Part shown: piece after piece, positions 22,420-31,553 of the stretch
How the letters are laid out: every line of letters begins with the position of its first letter
Position numbering within the stretch: the stretch's first letter is position 1
Assembly (NCBI GenBank): GCA_040768745.1
Contig: JAXGMI010000001.1
Span: 1,152,001 to 1,216,000, forward strand
Length of the DNA stretch: 64,000 nt
Direction: 5' to 3'
DNA from: Desulfomicrobium sp.
GTDB taxonomy: Bacteria > Desulfobacterota > Desulfovibrionia > Desulfovibrionales > Desulfomicrobiaceae
Notes under the pieces: model-generated
Seen by the model: only the letters and a program-made list of their open reading frames with translations
What the model was told of the DNA's origin: nothing
Databases searched by the model: none
Program-made: the position numbers and the translations under genes

Positions 22420-22599
22420 ATGTGGATTGATGATCTTTCTCTGCTGCGCCTGGAAGAGGTGGACTGGAAGATCGGTCACGTGCTGGACGAATTGAGCGTG
22501 ACTGCGCGGGACGAGGATTTCCTGGAATTCTCCGGATTCGAGAACGATCCGAACCGCCGCGCCGAGCCCCTGGAGAGGACGGCGCACCAGGAGACATGA
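22420..22599 (+). CDS. Small acidic hypothetical protein, 59 aa (absent from the ORF track)
   Basis: GAGGA RBS 7 nt upstream; MWIDDLSLLRLEEVDWKIGHVLDELSVTARDEDFLEFSGFENDPNRRAEPLERTAHQET; lies before the terminator. Confidence 0.6.
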   Translation: MWIDDLSLLRLEEVDWKIGHVLDELSVTARDEDFLEFSGFENDPNRRAEPLERTAHQET

Positions 22600-22672
22600 A
22601 GGACTGATGCCGCTCCGGCAGGGTCGCGGCAGTAACAGGAAAACAGGATTGCATCATCCGACGGATGTCGGC

Positions 22673-22717
22673 GGGCAGGGTTGGGGGTAGGGACTACTTC
22701 CAACCCTGCCCTTTTTT
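22673..22717 (+). terminator. Intrinsic terminator between adh-smORF and aor
   Basis: GGGCAGGGTTGG...CCAACCCTGCCC followed by TTTTTT. Confidence 0.85.
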
Positions 22718-22796
22718 AAGGATTGTGCCACGGCTGACAGGATTGCTGCCGGCTGTATTCCCCAACCAAACAATAACCAAACAATACGGAGCACCC

Positions 22797-24518
22797 ATGA
22801 AGATTCTACGCATCAATACGCGGACCAAGGGCTATACGTTCGAGTCCTGTGGAGCCTTGTCCGGTCTGGGTGGTCGGGCCCTGACGTCACGAGTGGTGAA
22901 TAAGGAAGTTCCGGCGGACTGTCACCCGCTTTCCGCGGACAACAAGCTGGTCATTGCCGGCGGTGTTCTGGCCCCGACCAACGCGGCCAATTCCGGCCGT
23001 GTGTCCGTGGGGTCCAAGTCGCCGCTGACCGGTGGCATCAAGGAGAGCAATTCCGGCGGGCAGTTCGCGCACACGCTGCCCAAGCTGGGCCTGCAGGCCA
23101 TCATCCTGGAGGACAAGCCGGCGGCGGGCAGCCCCATGCAGGAGATTTTCATCACGGCGGACAAGGTGGTGTTCAAGGATTCCGCCGTGGCCGGGATGCG
23201 CACGTACGCGGCCCAGGAGAAGCTGCTGGCGGCATATGGAGAGAAGGCCGTGACGGCCATGGTCGGCCCTGCCGGGGAGCAGTGTCTGTCCGCGGCCACC
23301 ATTCAGTTCTCGGATCCCGAAGGCCTGCCGTCCCGTTCGGCCGGCCGCGGGGGCATGGGTGCGGTCATGGGTTCCAAGGGCGTGAAGGCCATCATCCTGG
23401 ACCCGGAGGCCGATGTGAAGACCGCATACGGCAATGAGGAGCTGTTCAAGGAGGCCCGCAAGGAGTGGGTCGACATCCTGCGCAACCATCCCGTGACCAG
23501 TCAGGGTCTGCCCGGGTTCGGCACGGCCGTGCTGGTCAACGTCATCAACGAGGCCGGGGCCCTGCCGACCAAGAACTTCCGCTCGGGCAAGTTCGACAGG
23601 GCGGAGAAGATCTCCGGGGAAACCCTGGCCGCCAATATCGAGAAGCGTGGGGGCAAGACCAAGCACGGCTGCCACACGGGCTGCATCATCCAGTGCTCCC
23701 AGGTCTATCATGACCAGTCGGGCAAGTACCTGACCACGGGTTTTGAGTACGAGACCATCTGGGGTTTTGGGGCCAATCTGACCATCGACAATCTGGACGA
23801 CATCGCTGTCATGGACCGGACCTGCGACGAAGTGGGGGTGGACACCATCGAGATGGCCAACACCATGGCCATGGCCATGGAGGCTGGGGTCATCGCCTGG
23901 GGCGACAGCAAGGGTGTCATCGCGGAGCTGAACAAGGTCGGGACCAAGGACCCGCTGGGCCGGATCTACGGCAACGGCACGGGCTTCACGGCCCAGGCAT
24001 TTGGCGTGGACCGGGTGCCGACCGTCAAGAACCAGGCCCTGCCGGCCTACGACCCGCGTGCGGTCAAGGGCGTGGGCGTGACCTACGCCACCACGCCCAT
24101 GGGGGCGGACCACACGGCCGGATACGGCGTGTGCCAGAACGTGTTGAAGGTAGGCGGGGATGTGGATGGGCACAAGAAGGAAGGCAACATCGCCATCTCC
24201 AAGAATCTGCAGGTGGCCACGGCGGCCGTGGATTCGCTCGGTCTGTGCCTGTTCGTGGCCTTTGCGATCCTTGACGACGCCCGCGGGGTGCCGTGCATGG
24301 CCAGGCTGGTGTCCGGTCTGACGGGCAGGGATTTCAGCGTGGACGAGATGATCGCCATGGGCGCGAACTGCCTGAAGGACGAGCTGGACTTCAACAGGCG
24401 GGCCGGCTTCACCGACGCCGACGACCAGCTGCCCCGCTTCTTCCAGCAGGAAACCCTTCCCCCGCATGGCGTCAGCTGGGGCTATTCCGCACAGGAACTC
24501 CAGGACGCAAAGGTCTGA
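22797..24518 (+). CDS. aor: Aldehyde:ferredoxin oxidoreductase (W/Mo-pterin)
   Basis: KSPLTGGIKESN, GRGGMGAVMGSK, C..GC...C, EYETIW, CDEVGVDTI, GADH. Confidence 0.93.
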   Translation: MKILRINTRTKGYTFESCGALSGLGGRALTSRVVNKEVPADCHPLSADNKLVIAGGVLAPTNAANSGRVSVGSKSPLTGGIKESNSGGQFAHTLPKLGLQAIILEDKPAAGSPMQEIFITADKVVFKDSAVAGMRTYAAQEKLLAAYGEKAVTAMVGPAGEQCLSAATIQFSDPEGLPSRSAGRGGMGAVMGSKGVKAIILDPEADVKTAYGNEELFKEARKEWVDILRNHPVTSQGLPGFGTAVLVNVINEAGALPTKNFRSGKFDRAEKISGETLAANIEKRGGKTKHGCHTGCIIQCSQVYHDQSGKYLTTGFEYETIWGFGANLTIDNLDDIAVMDRTCDEVGVDTIEMANTMAMAMEAGVIAWGDSKGVIAELNKVGTKDPLGRIYGNGTGFTAQAFGVDRVPTVKNQALPAYDPRAVKGVGVTYATTPMGADHTAGYGVCQNVLKVGGDVDGHKKEGNIAISKNLQVATAAVDSLGLCLFVAFAILDDARGVPCMARLVSGLTGRDFSVDEMIAMGANCLKDELDFNRRAGFTDADDQLPRFFQQETLPPHGVSWGYSAQELQDAKV

Positions 24519-24531
24519 TTGTAACCTTCCA

Positions 24532-24555
24532 CCCAGGGGCCAACCGGCCCCTGGG
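24532..24555 (+). terminator. Hairpin after aor
   Basis: CCCAGGGGCC-aacc-GGCCCCTGGG; no clear U-tract. Confidence 0.5.
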
Positions 24556-24635
24556 CAAAGATTCAGAGGCAGTGCCGCAGATTCATGCGGCTTTACTTCA
24601 TTTGCATATATATTTATCATTAAAAACAAATTGCA

Positions 24636-24683
24636 GGGGATGGGGTCCCCCTTGAACCGCGACAGCCGTCGATGACTCCTCCA
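24636..24683 (+). ncRNA. Fluoride riboswitch (crcB motif)
   Basis: GGGGATGGGGTCCCCC...AACCGC...GATGACTCCT matches the crcB-motif pattern; directly upstream of crcB. Confidence 0.88.
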
Positions 24684-24719
24684 TTTGCACCGGCGATGGT
24701 AGGATTTTGCGGCCTCCAC

Positions 24720-24742
24720 ACCACGCTCAGGCGTGGTTTTTT
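24720..24742 (+). terminator. Leader terminator downstream of the fluoride riboswitch
   Basis: ACCACGC-tcag-GCGTGGT-TTTTT. Confidence 0.7.
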
Positions 24743-24803
24743 ATTGTCCGGCCTGCGATAACAGTGGCACCATCAACATGATTGAATGAATGTCGAGGAG
24801 TTT

Positions 24804-25178
24804 ATGTCAAAAATTCTTCTGATCGCGCTGGCAGGGGCCTGCGGAACCTTAAGTCGCTACTGGCTTTCGGGTGCGGCCTACGAACTCCTGGGCCGCGACT
24901 TCCCTTGGGGAACGTGGGCCGTGAACATCCTGGGGTGTTTCCTCTTCGGCCTTGTCTGGATCCTGGCGGAGGAACGCGGTTCCCTGTCGGCACAGGCGCG
25001 CGTTCTGATTTTGACGGGCTTCATGGGTGCTTTCACCACGTTTTCCACGTTCATTTTCGAGAGTGGCAGTATCGCCCAGGATGGGCAGTGGCTCAAGCTG
25101 GCCTTGAACCTTGGAGGCCAGAATCTGGTCGGTTTCGTGGCCCTGTATCTGGGAATGGGTCTCGGAAAAGCGATATAG
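24804..25178 (+). CDS. crcB: Fluoride efflux channel Fluc/CrcB
   Basis: GACGTLSRY, FPWGTWAVN, TGFMGAFTTFSTF; GAGGAG RBS. Confidence 0.95.
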   Translation: MSKILLIALAGACGTLSRYWLSGAAYELLGRDFPWGTWAVNILGCFLFGLVWILAEERGSLSAQARVLILTGFMGAFTTFSTFIFESGSIAQDGQWLKLALNLGGQNLVGFVALYLGMGLGKAI

Positions 25179-25289
25179 GGCAAAGAAGAGGATTTGTCCG
25201 GACAGCCTTGGCATCCCAGCGGCCGACAATACGTACTGCCCAGGATATTGGCTTTCGTCTGGCCTCCTGAAACTGTTGGAGTCAGCGTT

Positions 25290-25880
25290 TCAACCCTGCC
25301 GTGCGTTGTATACAAGTCGCCCACTGGACCTGAACCAGCGGAAAAGATCCACCGCTTCCTCCCGCAGCACGCCCTCCTGCATCTCAATACCTCGTCTGGC
25401 CAATTCAGATTTCCACCCGGGATGAATTGGTCCTTCGTCGAAGCCGGTCAGCTCTTCCAGTTCCTGGCCGCTGCCGGCAATGGACAGACACCGGATACCG
25501 GACCAGAGCACGGCTCCGAAACACATGGCGCAGGGCCGCCAGTTGATCACCAGTTCGTGGGGGGGCAGGTCTCGCCGCCCCAGATCATAGGTTCCCAGGC
25601 GCTTCTGGGCCAGTGACAGGGCCATGATCTCAGCATGAGCGCTGGAGCAGCCTGAGGGGACGACCCTGTTTACGCCAAAGGCCACGACGCGGCCGGTCCC
25701 AATTTCGAAAACGCCTGCGGCAAAGGGGCCCCCGGTGTCATGCTCCACATTGGTCCGGGCGAATTCCAGGACCAGACGCATGCGGTCCTCGGGGCTGGAA
25801 ATACATTCCGGCAATGCCGCAACGCGGTGCCGGAACCATGAGGGTGTGGTCAGGGTGATGCGGTTGGGATGTGGGGTCAT
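25290..25880 (-). CDS. Zn-dependent nucleoside/nucleobase deaminase
   Basis: GGPFAA, HAEIMA, PCAMC, GFDEG. Confidence 0.88.
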   Translation of the reverse strand: MTPHPNRITLTTPSWFRHRVAALPECISSPEDRMRLVLEFARTNVEHDTGGPFAAGVFEIGTGRVVAFGVNRVVPSGCSSAHAEIMALSLAQKRLGTYDLGRRDLPPHELVINWRPCAMCFGAVLWSGIRCLSIAGSGQELEELTGFDEGPIHPGWKSELARRGIEMQEGVLREEAVDLFRWFRSSGRLVYNARQG

Positions 25881-25891
25881 GGTGCATCTTC

Positions 25892-27574
25892 CTAGAACAA
25901 TCCGCTGATCACGCCACGTTCGTCGATGTCGATCCTTTCCGCTGACGGGACCTCAGGCAGACCGGGCATGCGCATCATGTTGCCGGTCAAGGGCACCAGG
26001 AACCCCGCGCCGGCCGCGATCTCGACTTCACGGATGGTGGCCACGAAATCCCGGGGCCAGCCACGCAGGCTCGGCTGGTCAGAAAGGGAACTCTGGGTCT
26101 TGGCGATGCAAACGGGCAGATGGTCCAGCCCCAGACGTTTGATCTTGTCGAGATCCGTGAGGGCCGCCGGGGCGTATTCCACCGAGGCCGCCCCGTAGAC
26201 CCGGGTGGCGATGATTTCGATCTTCTCGCGTACGCTCTGCTTCCAGTCGTACAGAGGGGCATAGTGGGCAGTGCATCGGTCCGCCGTGGCAGCGACCAGT
26301 TCGGCCAGTTCCTCGGCCCCGGCCCCTCCTTGCTCCCAGGCTTCCATGAGGGCGGCCTGCACGCCCATGAATTGGCAATGGTCGAGGATGACCTGGTGCT
26401 CCTCGTCCGTGTCCGAGGCAAAGCGATTGATGGCCACGATTGGTGTCAGCTGGAAAAGCCGAACGTTCTCGATCTGCTTGGTCAGGTTCTCCAGGCCCCG
26501 GGCCAACGCCTTGATGTTGGGCACGGCCAGGTGGGGAAGTTCAACCCCGCCATGGTATTTGAGGGCCCGGACCGTGGCCACCAGCACCACGGCACAGGGG
26601 TCGAAGCCGGCGGACTGGCACTTGATGTCCAGAAATTTCTCCCCGCCCAGATCAAATCCGAATCCGGCTTCGGTCACCACGTAGTCGGCCAGGCAAAGGC
26701 CCGTGCGGGTGGCGATGACGGAGTTGGTGCCCTGGGCGATGTTGGCGAAGGGGCCCCCGTGCATGATGGCCGGGTTGCCTTCCAGGGACTGGATCAGGTT
26801 GGGTTTTATGGCGTCCTTGAGCAGGGCGGCCATGGCCCCCTGGGCATTCAGATCCCGGGCGTGGATGGGCTCGCGCTTGAAGGTGAAGCCGATGAAAATG
26901 TCACTCAGGCGACGCTTGAGGTCGGGCAGATCGTCGGCCAGGCAGAGGATGGCCATGATTTCCGATGCCGCTGTGATGTCGAACCCCGTCTCCCTGGGCA
27001 CACCGTGCATGAGGCCGCCCAGACCGCAGACCATGCGCCGCAGCGAGCGGTCGTTCATGTCCATGACCCGCTTCCAGGCCACGGTGCGACCGTCCAGGTT
27101 CAGGGACCGGTTTTTACTCTGCAGATTGTTGTCTATCAGGGCGGCCAGCAGGTTGTTGGTTTTTTCGATGGCCGCGAAATCGCCCGTGAAGTGGAGATTG
27201 ATGTCCTCCATGGGCAGAAGCTGTGCGTATCCGCCACCCGTGGCACCGCCCTTGATGCCGAAGACAGGGCCCAGGGAAGGTTCGCGCAGCACGACCATGG
27301 CCTTCTTGCCGATGCGGTTCAGTCCATCGGCAAGTCCGATGGAAACAGTGGTCTTGCCTTCGCCAGCCGGAGTGGGGGTGATGGCCGAAACTAGAATGAG
27401 CTTGCCGTATTTGCACTGATCTTTTTCGGCCAGGGAAAGCGGCAATTTGGCCTTGAACTTGCCATATGGTTCAATCTGGTCAAACCCAAGTCCGAGTTTG
27501 TCTGCAATGTCGCCGATGTGCAGCATCCTGGTTTCCTGGGCAATGTCGATGTCGGGCCTGAGAGATTTGGTCAT
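25892..27574 (-). CDS. fhs: Formate-tetrahydrofolate ligase
   Basis: TPTPAGEGKTT, GIKGGATGGG, HGGPFANIA, MPGLP. Confidence 0.96.
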   Translation of the reverse strand: MTKSLRPDIDIAQETRMLHIGDIADKLGLGFDQIEPYGKFKAKLPLSLAEKDQCKYGKLILVSAITPTPAGEGKTTVSIGLADGLNRIGKKAMVVLREPSLGPVFGIKGGATGGGYAQLLPMEDINLHFTGDFAAIEKTNNLLAALIDNNLQSKNRSLNLDGRTVAWKRVMDMNDRSLRRMVCGLGGLMHGVPRETGFDITAASEIMAILCLADDLPDLKRRLSDIFIGFTFKREPIHARDLNAQGAMAALLKDAIKPNLIQSLEGNPAIMHGGPFANIAQGTNSVIATRTGLCLADYVVTEAGFGFDLGGEKFLDIKCQSAGFDPCAVVLVATVRALKYHGGVELPHLAVPNIKALARGLENLTKQIENVRLFQLTPIVAINRFASDTDEEHQVILDHCQFMGVQAALMEAWEQGGAGAEELAELVAATADRCTAHYAPLYDWKQSVREKIEIIATRVYGAASVEYAPAALTDLDKIKRLGLDHLPVCIAKTQSSLSDQPSLRGWPRDFVATIREVEIAAGAGFLVPLTGNMMRMPGLPEVPSAERIDIDERGVISGLF

Positions 27575-27587
27575 AGGGCCTCCCGGT

Positions 27588-28460
27588 TCAGGATTTGTCG
27601 GTACAGGACGGGCAGAGGCATTGCTCCAGTTCCAGTTCGTAGCCGAAGCGTTCGCGTACTGTCCTGCGGCAGAGTTCGATCAGATCGAGTACGTCCTGGC
27701 AGGTGGCCCCGCCAACGTTGACGATGAAACCGGCATGTTTTTCCGAGACTTGCGCTCCACCGATCCGGGCCCCTTTGAGTCCGGCCAGATCAATGAGCTG
27801 CGAGGCATAGGCCCCTTCAGGACGCTTGAACACGCTTCCGGCGGAAGGAAATTCGAGGGGTTGCTTTTCCTTGCGCTGGGCCAGAATATCCTTGCGTCTG
27901 TTGAGGAGCGATTCAGGATCACCGACCGGCAGCCTCCAGGTCCCGGCCAGGATGACGGTTTCTCGCAGGGCTGCGGCGGAACGATACCCGAACCCGCAAT
28001 CAGTCTTGGCCAGTTCCACGACATGGTTATCGGCGTTCAGGACGGTCACGCTTTCAAGATGGTCGGAGATTTCTTGCCCGTAGGCCCCGGCGTTCATGAA
28101 CAGTGCCCCGCCGAGGGTGCCCGGGATGCCGGACAGGCATTCGACGCCACCCAGTCCCCCGCGCAGGCAATCCAGCACCCAGGCGTCCATGACCTTGCCG
28201 GCTTCTGCAAAAAGGAGATTGCCGGTGCGGTGGGAACGATTCATTGCACTGGTGGAAACAATGGGCAGGCTCATGTCACCATCGGGAAAGAGGGTGTTGG
28301 CCCCGCCGCCGTGAATCCAGAAAGAGCGTCCCTGGGCCCGGTGGAGCCGGATGATTTCCACAATTTCATCTATGCTTTCAGGAAGATAGACGTCCGTTGC
28401 GGTTCCGCCGATACGATAGGTGCTGTAGTTTTTCAGGGCAACATTGAACAGATGTTTCAT
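27588..28460 (-). CDS. murB: UDP-N-acetylenolpyruvoylglucosamine reductase
   Basis: GIPGTLGGALFMNAGAYG, FGYRS, PSAGSVFKRP, VSEKHAGFIVN. Confidence 0.92.
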   Translation of the reverse strand: MKHLFNVALKNYSTYRIGGTATDVYLPESIDEIVEIIRLHRAQGRSFWIHGGGANTLFPDGDMSLPIVSTSAMNRSHRTGNLLFAEAGKVMDAWVLDCLRGGLGGVECLSGIPGTLGGALFMNAGAYGQEISDHLESVTVLNADNHVVELAKTDCGFGYRSAAALRETVILAGTWRLPVGDPESLLNRRKDILAQRKEKQPLEFPSAGSVFKRPEGAYASQLIDLAGLKGARIGGAQVSEKHAGFIVNVGGATCQDVLDLIELCRRTVRERFGYELELEQCLCPSCTDKS

Positions 28461-28640
28461 GCGGTTTCCTCAATTATCCAAATGCAAAAGGGAAGAATGT
28501 AAACCCACCTCGAGGTATTGAGCGCGATTTTTCTGGGCGAACCAAGTCAGGGCAGTACCCATCAAAATCGGTCCGTGATCTTGACGGAAGGCTTGATTCT
28601 GGCTAGTCTTATTCTAAAATATCAATTAGTTGAGGATGCT

Positions 28641-29090
28641 ATGAAACTCTCTGCAAAATCGAGATATGCATCCCGGATCCTTTTGGATCTGGCCCTGCAC
28701 AATGGTGAGGTTCCCAATCGGGTCAGCGATATCTCCAACCGCACGGGGATCACCGTGCCGTTCATTGAGCAAATCATCAAGCCTCTCAAGCAGGCGGGCC
28801 TAGTGGCCAGCAAGCGCGGTTCAGCAGGCGGACATCGGTTGAATCGATCGGCGGATCAGATCACCCTGGGTGACATCGTGCGCATAATGGAGGATTCTGT
28901 GGACCTTGCCGCCTGTCTGCGCGATTCTGAGATCTGCGAGCGGACCGGGGTCTGTCAGACCAGGGCAGCGTGGAAGCGGGCCACGGAAGCCATGCTGCGC
29001 GAACTCGATACCATTAGCCTGGGTGAGCTGGCAAAGGGGGCTCCCAACTGTTGCCAGCTGACCGGGGAGCGTCCCAACCCTGCGATGTGA
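28641..29090 (+). CDS. Rrf2/IscR-family transcriptional regulator
   Basis: MKLSAKSRYA, SKRGSAGG, three Cys (C-X6-C-X5-C). Confidence 0.9.
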   Translation: MKLSAKSRYASRILLDLALHNGEVPNRVSDISNRTGITVPFIEQIIKPLKQAGLVASKRGSAGGHRLNRSADQITLGDIVRIMEDSVDLAACLRDSEICERTGVCQTRAAWKRATEAMLRELDTISLGELAKGAPNCCQLTGERPNPAM

Positions 29091-29179
29091 CGTCCTGACT
29101 GGCTGTTTGACAAAGATTTTTACCCCTGCCAGGAATCAGGTCCGTTCAAGCGTCGGGACTGCCTTTTCACGGAGGAACC

Positions 29180-30355
29180 ATGCATATCCCTTCCGGTTTT
29201 CAATTCTCCGCAGCTCAATGCGGTTTCAAGCGTCCGGGGCGTTCCGATCTCGCTGTGGTCATCAGCGAAGTTCCGGCCGTGGCCGCTGGCGTGTTCACCA
29301 CCAACCGCTTCCAGGCTGCACCTGTTGTGGTAGCCAGGGAAATCCTGGCCCGAAACCGTACGGGAATCAGGGCCCTGCTGGTCAATACCGGCCAGGCCAA
29401 CGCATGCACCGGGCAAGAAGGGATCGACAACTGCCGCGCCACCCTCGAACTTTTGGCCAGTCTGGACCTTGGGCCGGATGAAATCCTGCCTGCCTCCACC
29501 GGGGTCATCGGCGACCAACTGAAGATGGACCGCTGGGTCGCAGGCGTCCCTGCCTTGAAGGAGAATCTTGGCCAGACGGGGCTGGTAGATGTGGCCCGGG
29601 CCATCATGACCACGGACACGTTCCCGAAGGTGGCCACCCGCGAGGTGCAGCTGACTTCCGGAACAGTCCGCCTGGCTGGTTTTTGCAAGGGGGCGGGCAT
29701 GATCTGCCCGGACATGGCCACCATGCTGGGTTTCATCCTGACCGACGCCGGCGTCGACCCCGACTGGTGGCAGGCGGCCTTGACTCGTTGCGTGACCAGG
29801 AGTTTCAACGCCATCACGGTGGACGGGGATACCAGCACCAACGACTGCGTTTTCGCCCTGGCCAACGGGGCAGGTCCCACGGCCGGGCCGGAAGATGCGG
29901 CTGCCTTGGAGGATGCCATGCTGGAGGTCTGTCAGGATCTTGCATACAAGATCGTGCAGGATGCCGAGGGCGGGACCAAGGTCATGCGGATCCATGTCCA
30001 AGGGGCCCTGACCGTGTCCGATGCCGAACTGGCGGCACGGGCTGTGGGCAATTCGCCTCTGGTCAAGACAGCCTTATACGGGCGCGATCCGAACTGGGGC
30101 CGGATTGTGGCCGCTCTTGGGCGGAGCGGCGCCGTATTCCAACCTGAGGCGGTTGTGGTGTGCATCGCGGGCATGACCATTTTTCGGCAGGGCACCCCGG
30201 TCAAGGCGGACTGGGACAGTCTGCTGGCCTCGGCTTTGCGACGAGACAGCGTGGATATCAGCGTGGAGCTCGGTGCAGGGAAGGAGCAGACCACCCTTTG
30301 GGCATCCGATTTCACTGAGGAGTACATCAAGATCAATGCCGAATACCGGACCTGA
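29180..30355 (+). CDS. argJ: Bifunctional glutamate N-acetyltransferase/ornithine acetyltransferase
   Basis: ANACTG, KGAGMICPDMATMLG, DGDTSTND, DPNWGRI, YIKINAEYRT. Confidence 0.96.
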   Translation: MHIPSGFQFSAAQCGFKRPGRSDLAVVISEVPAVAAGVFTTNRFQAAPVVVAREILARNRTGIRALLVNTGQANACTGQEGIDNCRATLELLASLDLGPDEILPASTGVIGDQLKMDRWVAGVPALKENLGQTGLVDVARAIMTTDTFPKVATREVQLTSGTVRLAGFCKGAGMICPDMATMLGFILTDAGVDPDWWQAALTRCVTRSFNAITVDGDTSTNDCVFALANGAGPTAGPEDAAALEDAMLEVCQDLAYKIVQDAEGGTKVMRIHVQGALTVSDAELAARAVGNSPLVKTALYGRDPNWGRIVAALGRSGAVFQPEAVVVCIAGMTIFRQGTPVKADWDSLLASALRRDSVDISVELGAGKEQTTLWASDFTEEYIKINAEYRT

Positions 30356-30365
30356 ACATCCGGCC

Positions 30366-30965
30366 ATGACGGATCGGACCTGGAGGCGCCTGGCGGATTT
30401 CATCTTCGAGCTGGGCATGCTGCGCCGGACACCGCGCACGGGTTACCAGTTTCTGGGGTCCGGGGCGGAGAATGTGGCGGAGCATTCCTTCCGTACGACC
30501 ATGATCGGCTACATCCTGGCCCGCGTGGCAGGGGCGGATGTGGCAAGGACCGTGTTCCTATGTCTGTTTCATGACGTGCACGAGGCCCGCATCGGGGATT
30601 TCAATTACGTCAACCGCATCTACAACACGAGCGATCCGGTTCTGGCGTTCACCCATGCCCTGGAGGGCACGGGGTTGCGGGCCGAGGTCCTGGAGCTGTG
30701 GCATGAATTGGAGGCGGGGGAGACCGTGGAGGCCAAATTGGCCCAGGACGCGGATCAGCTCGATTTCATCGCCAATCTGAAGGAAGAGCTGGATCTGGGA
30801 AACCCCTATGCGGCAAAATGGCTGGAACATGCCTTGCCCCGGTTGCGGACGGAGATTGCCCATGAGTTTGCCCAGAGCCTCCTGGCCACGGATCAATCAG
30901 CGTGGTGGTTTACCCGACCCGATGAATCCTGGTGGCGCAGGGGGAACGGCAAAAAGCGCCCTTAG
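30366..30965 (+). CDS. HD-domain phosphohydrolase (YfbR-like)
   Basis: RTGYQFLG...ENVAEHSF...FHDVHEARIGD...DADQLD. Confidence 0.88.
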   Translation: MTDRTWRRLADFIFELGMLRRTPRTGYQFLGSGAENVAEHSFRTTMIGYILARVAGADVARTVFLCLFHDVHEARIGDFNYVNRIYNTSDPVLAFTHALEGTGLRAEVLELWHELEAGETVEAKLAQDADQLDFIANLKEELDLGNPYAAKWLEHALPRLRTEIAHEFAQSLLATDQSAWWFTRPDESWWRRGNGKKRP

Positions 30966-30971
30966 CCTGCC

Positions 30972-31553
30972 ATGACGGAGCGCAGGGTAACGACATTTCG
31001 GCTGTCATGGGCCACAGTCAGCGTCCTCTTGGCCCTTTGCCTGCACATCGGCCCACTTTGGTTCTTGCTCTTTGGCCCACTTTACGGTCTTCCCAGCGTG
31101 CTGGAGCTCGACCTTGAAATCATCAATTTTTATCGCGACCGGGTCTTTCGCGAGTCGGGAGTCGAACCGGGGATGGCACGTCCCCCCGAGCCCCTGCATG
31201 TCTCGGTGTCCGTGCAGATCAATCCGGAAATGGGGCAACGGGTTTCCAAGCCGCGCACTGCCGAAGAACTGGCCCGCGTCAGACACGTGCAGCGCGCGAT
31301 CCGGTCCCTGTGGTCGAGCATGTCTCCAGCGCATACCGGGTACGCCCTGGTCAGTATGCATATCCAAGGCGATGGGAGCATTGGGGAATTCGTGATGAAC
31401 CGTATTTCCGGAGATGAGGAATTCCAGACGTTCTTGCTGACGTTCCTGGAAACCCTGAAAAATACCCCTGAGCACCACGTGGAATCGGGCGAACCCATGT
31501 GGATTGAATGCGAATTTGTGGTCAATCCCCGGACTGGCAAAGGACCTTCATGA
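30972..31553 (+). CDS. Hypothetical membrane-anchored protein (TonB/TolA C-terminal-like)
   Basis: N-terminal TM with LALCLH; C-terminal IQGDGSI...SGDEEF. Confidence 0.55.
   Translation: MTERRVTTFRLSWATVSVLLALCLHIGPLWFLLFGPLYGLPSVLELDLEIINFYRDRVFRESGVEPGMARPPEPLHVSVSVQINPEMGQRVSKPRTAEELARVRHVQRAIRSLWSSMSPAHTGYALVSMHIQGDGSIGEFVMNRISGDEEFQTFLLTFLETLKNTPEHHVESGEPMWIECEFVVNPRTGKGPS

Noticed and set aside
22600..22796. Mo/W-cofactor riboswitch upstream of aor
   Set aside because: Only generic hairpins and a terminator; no recognisable Moco/Wco motif by eye
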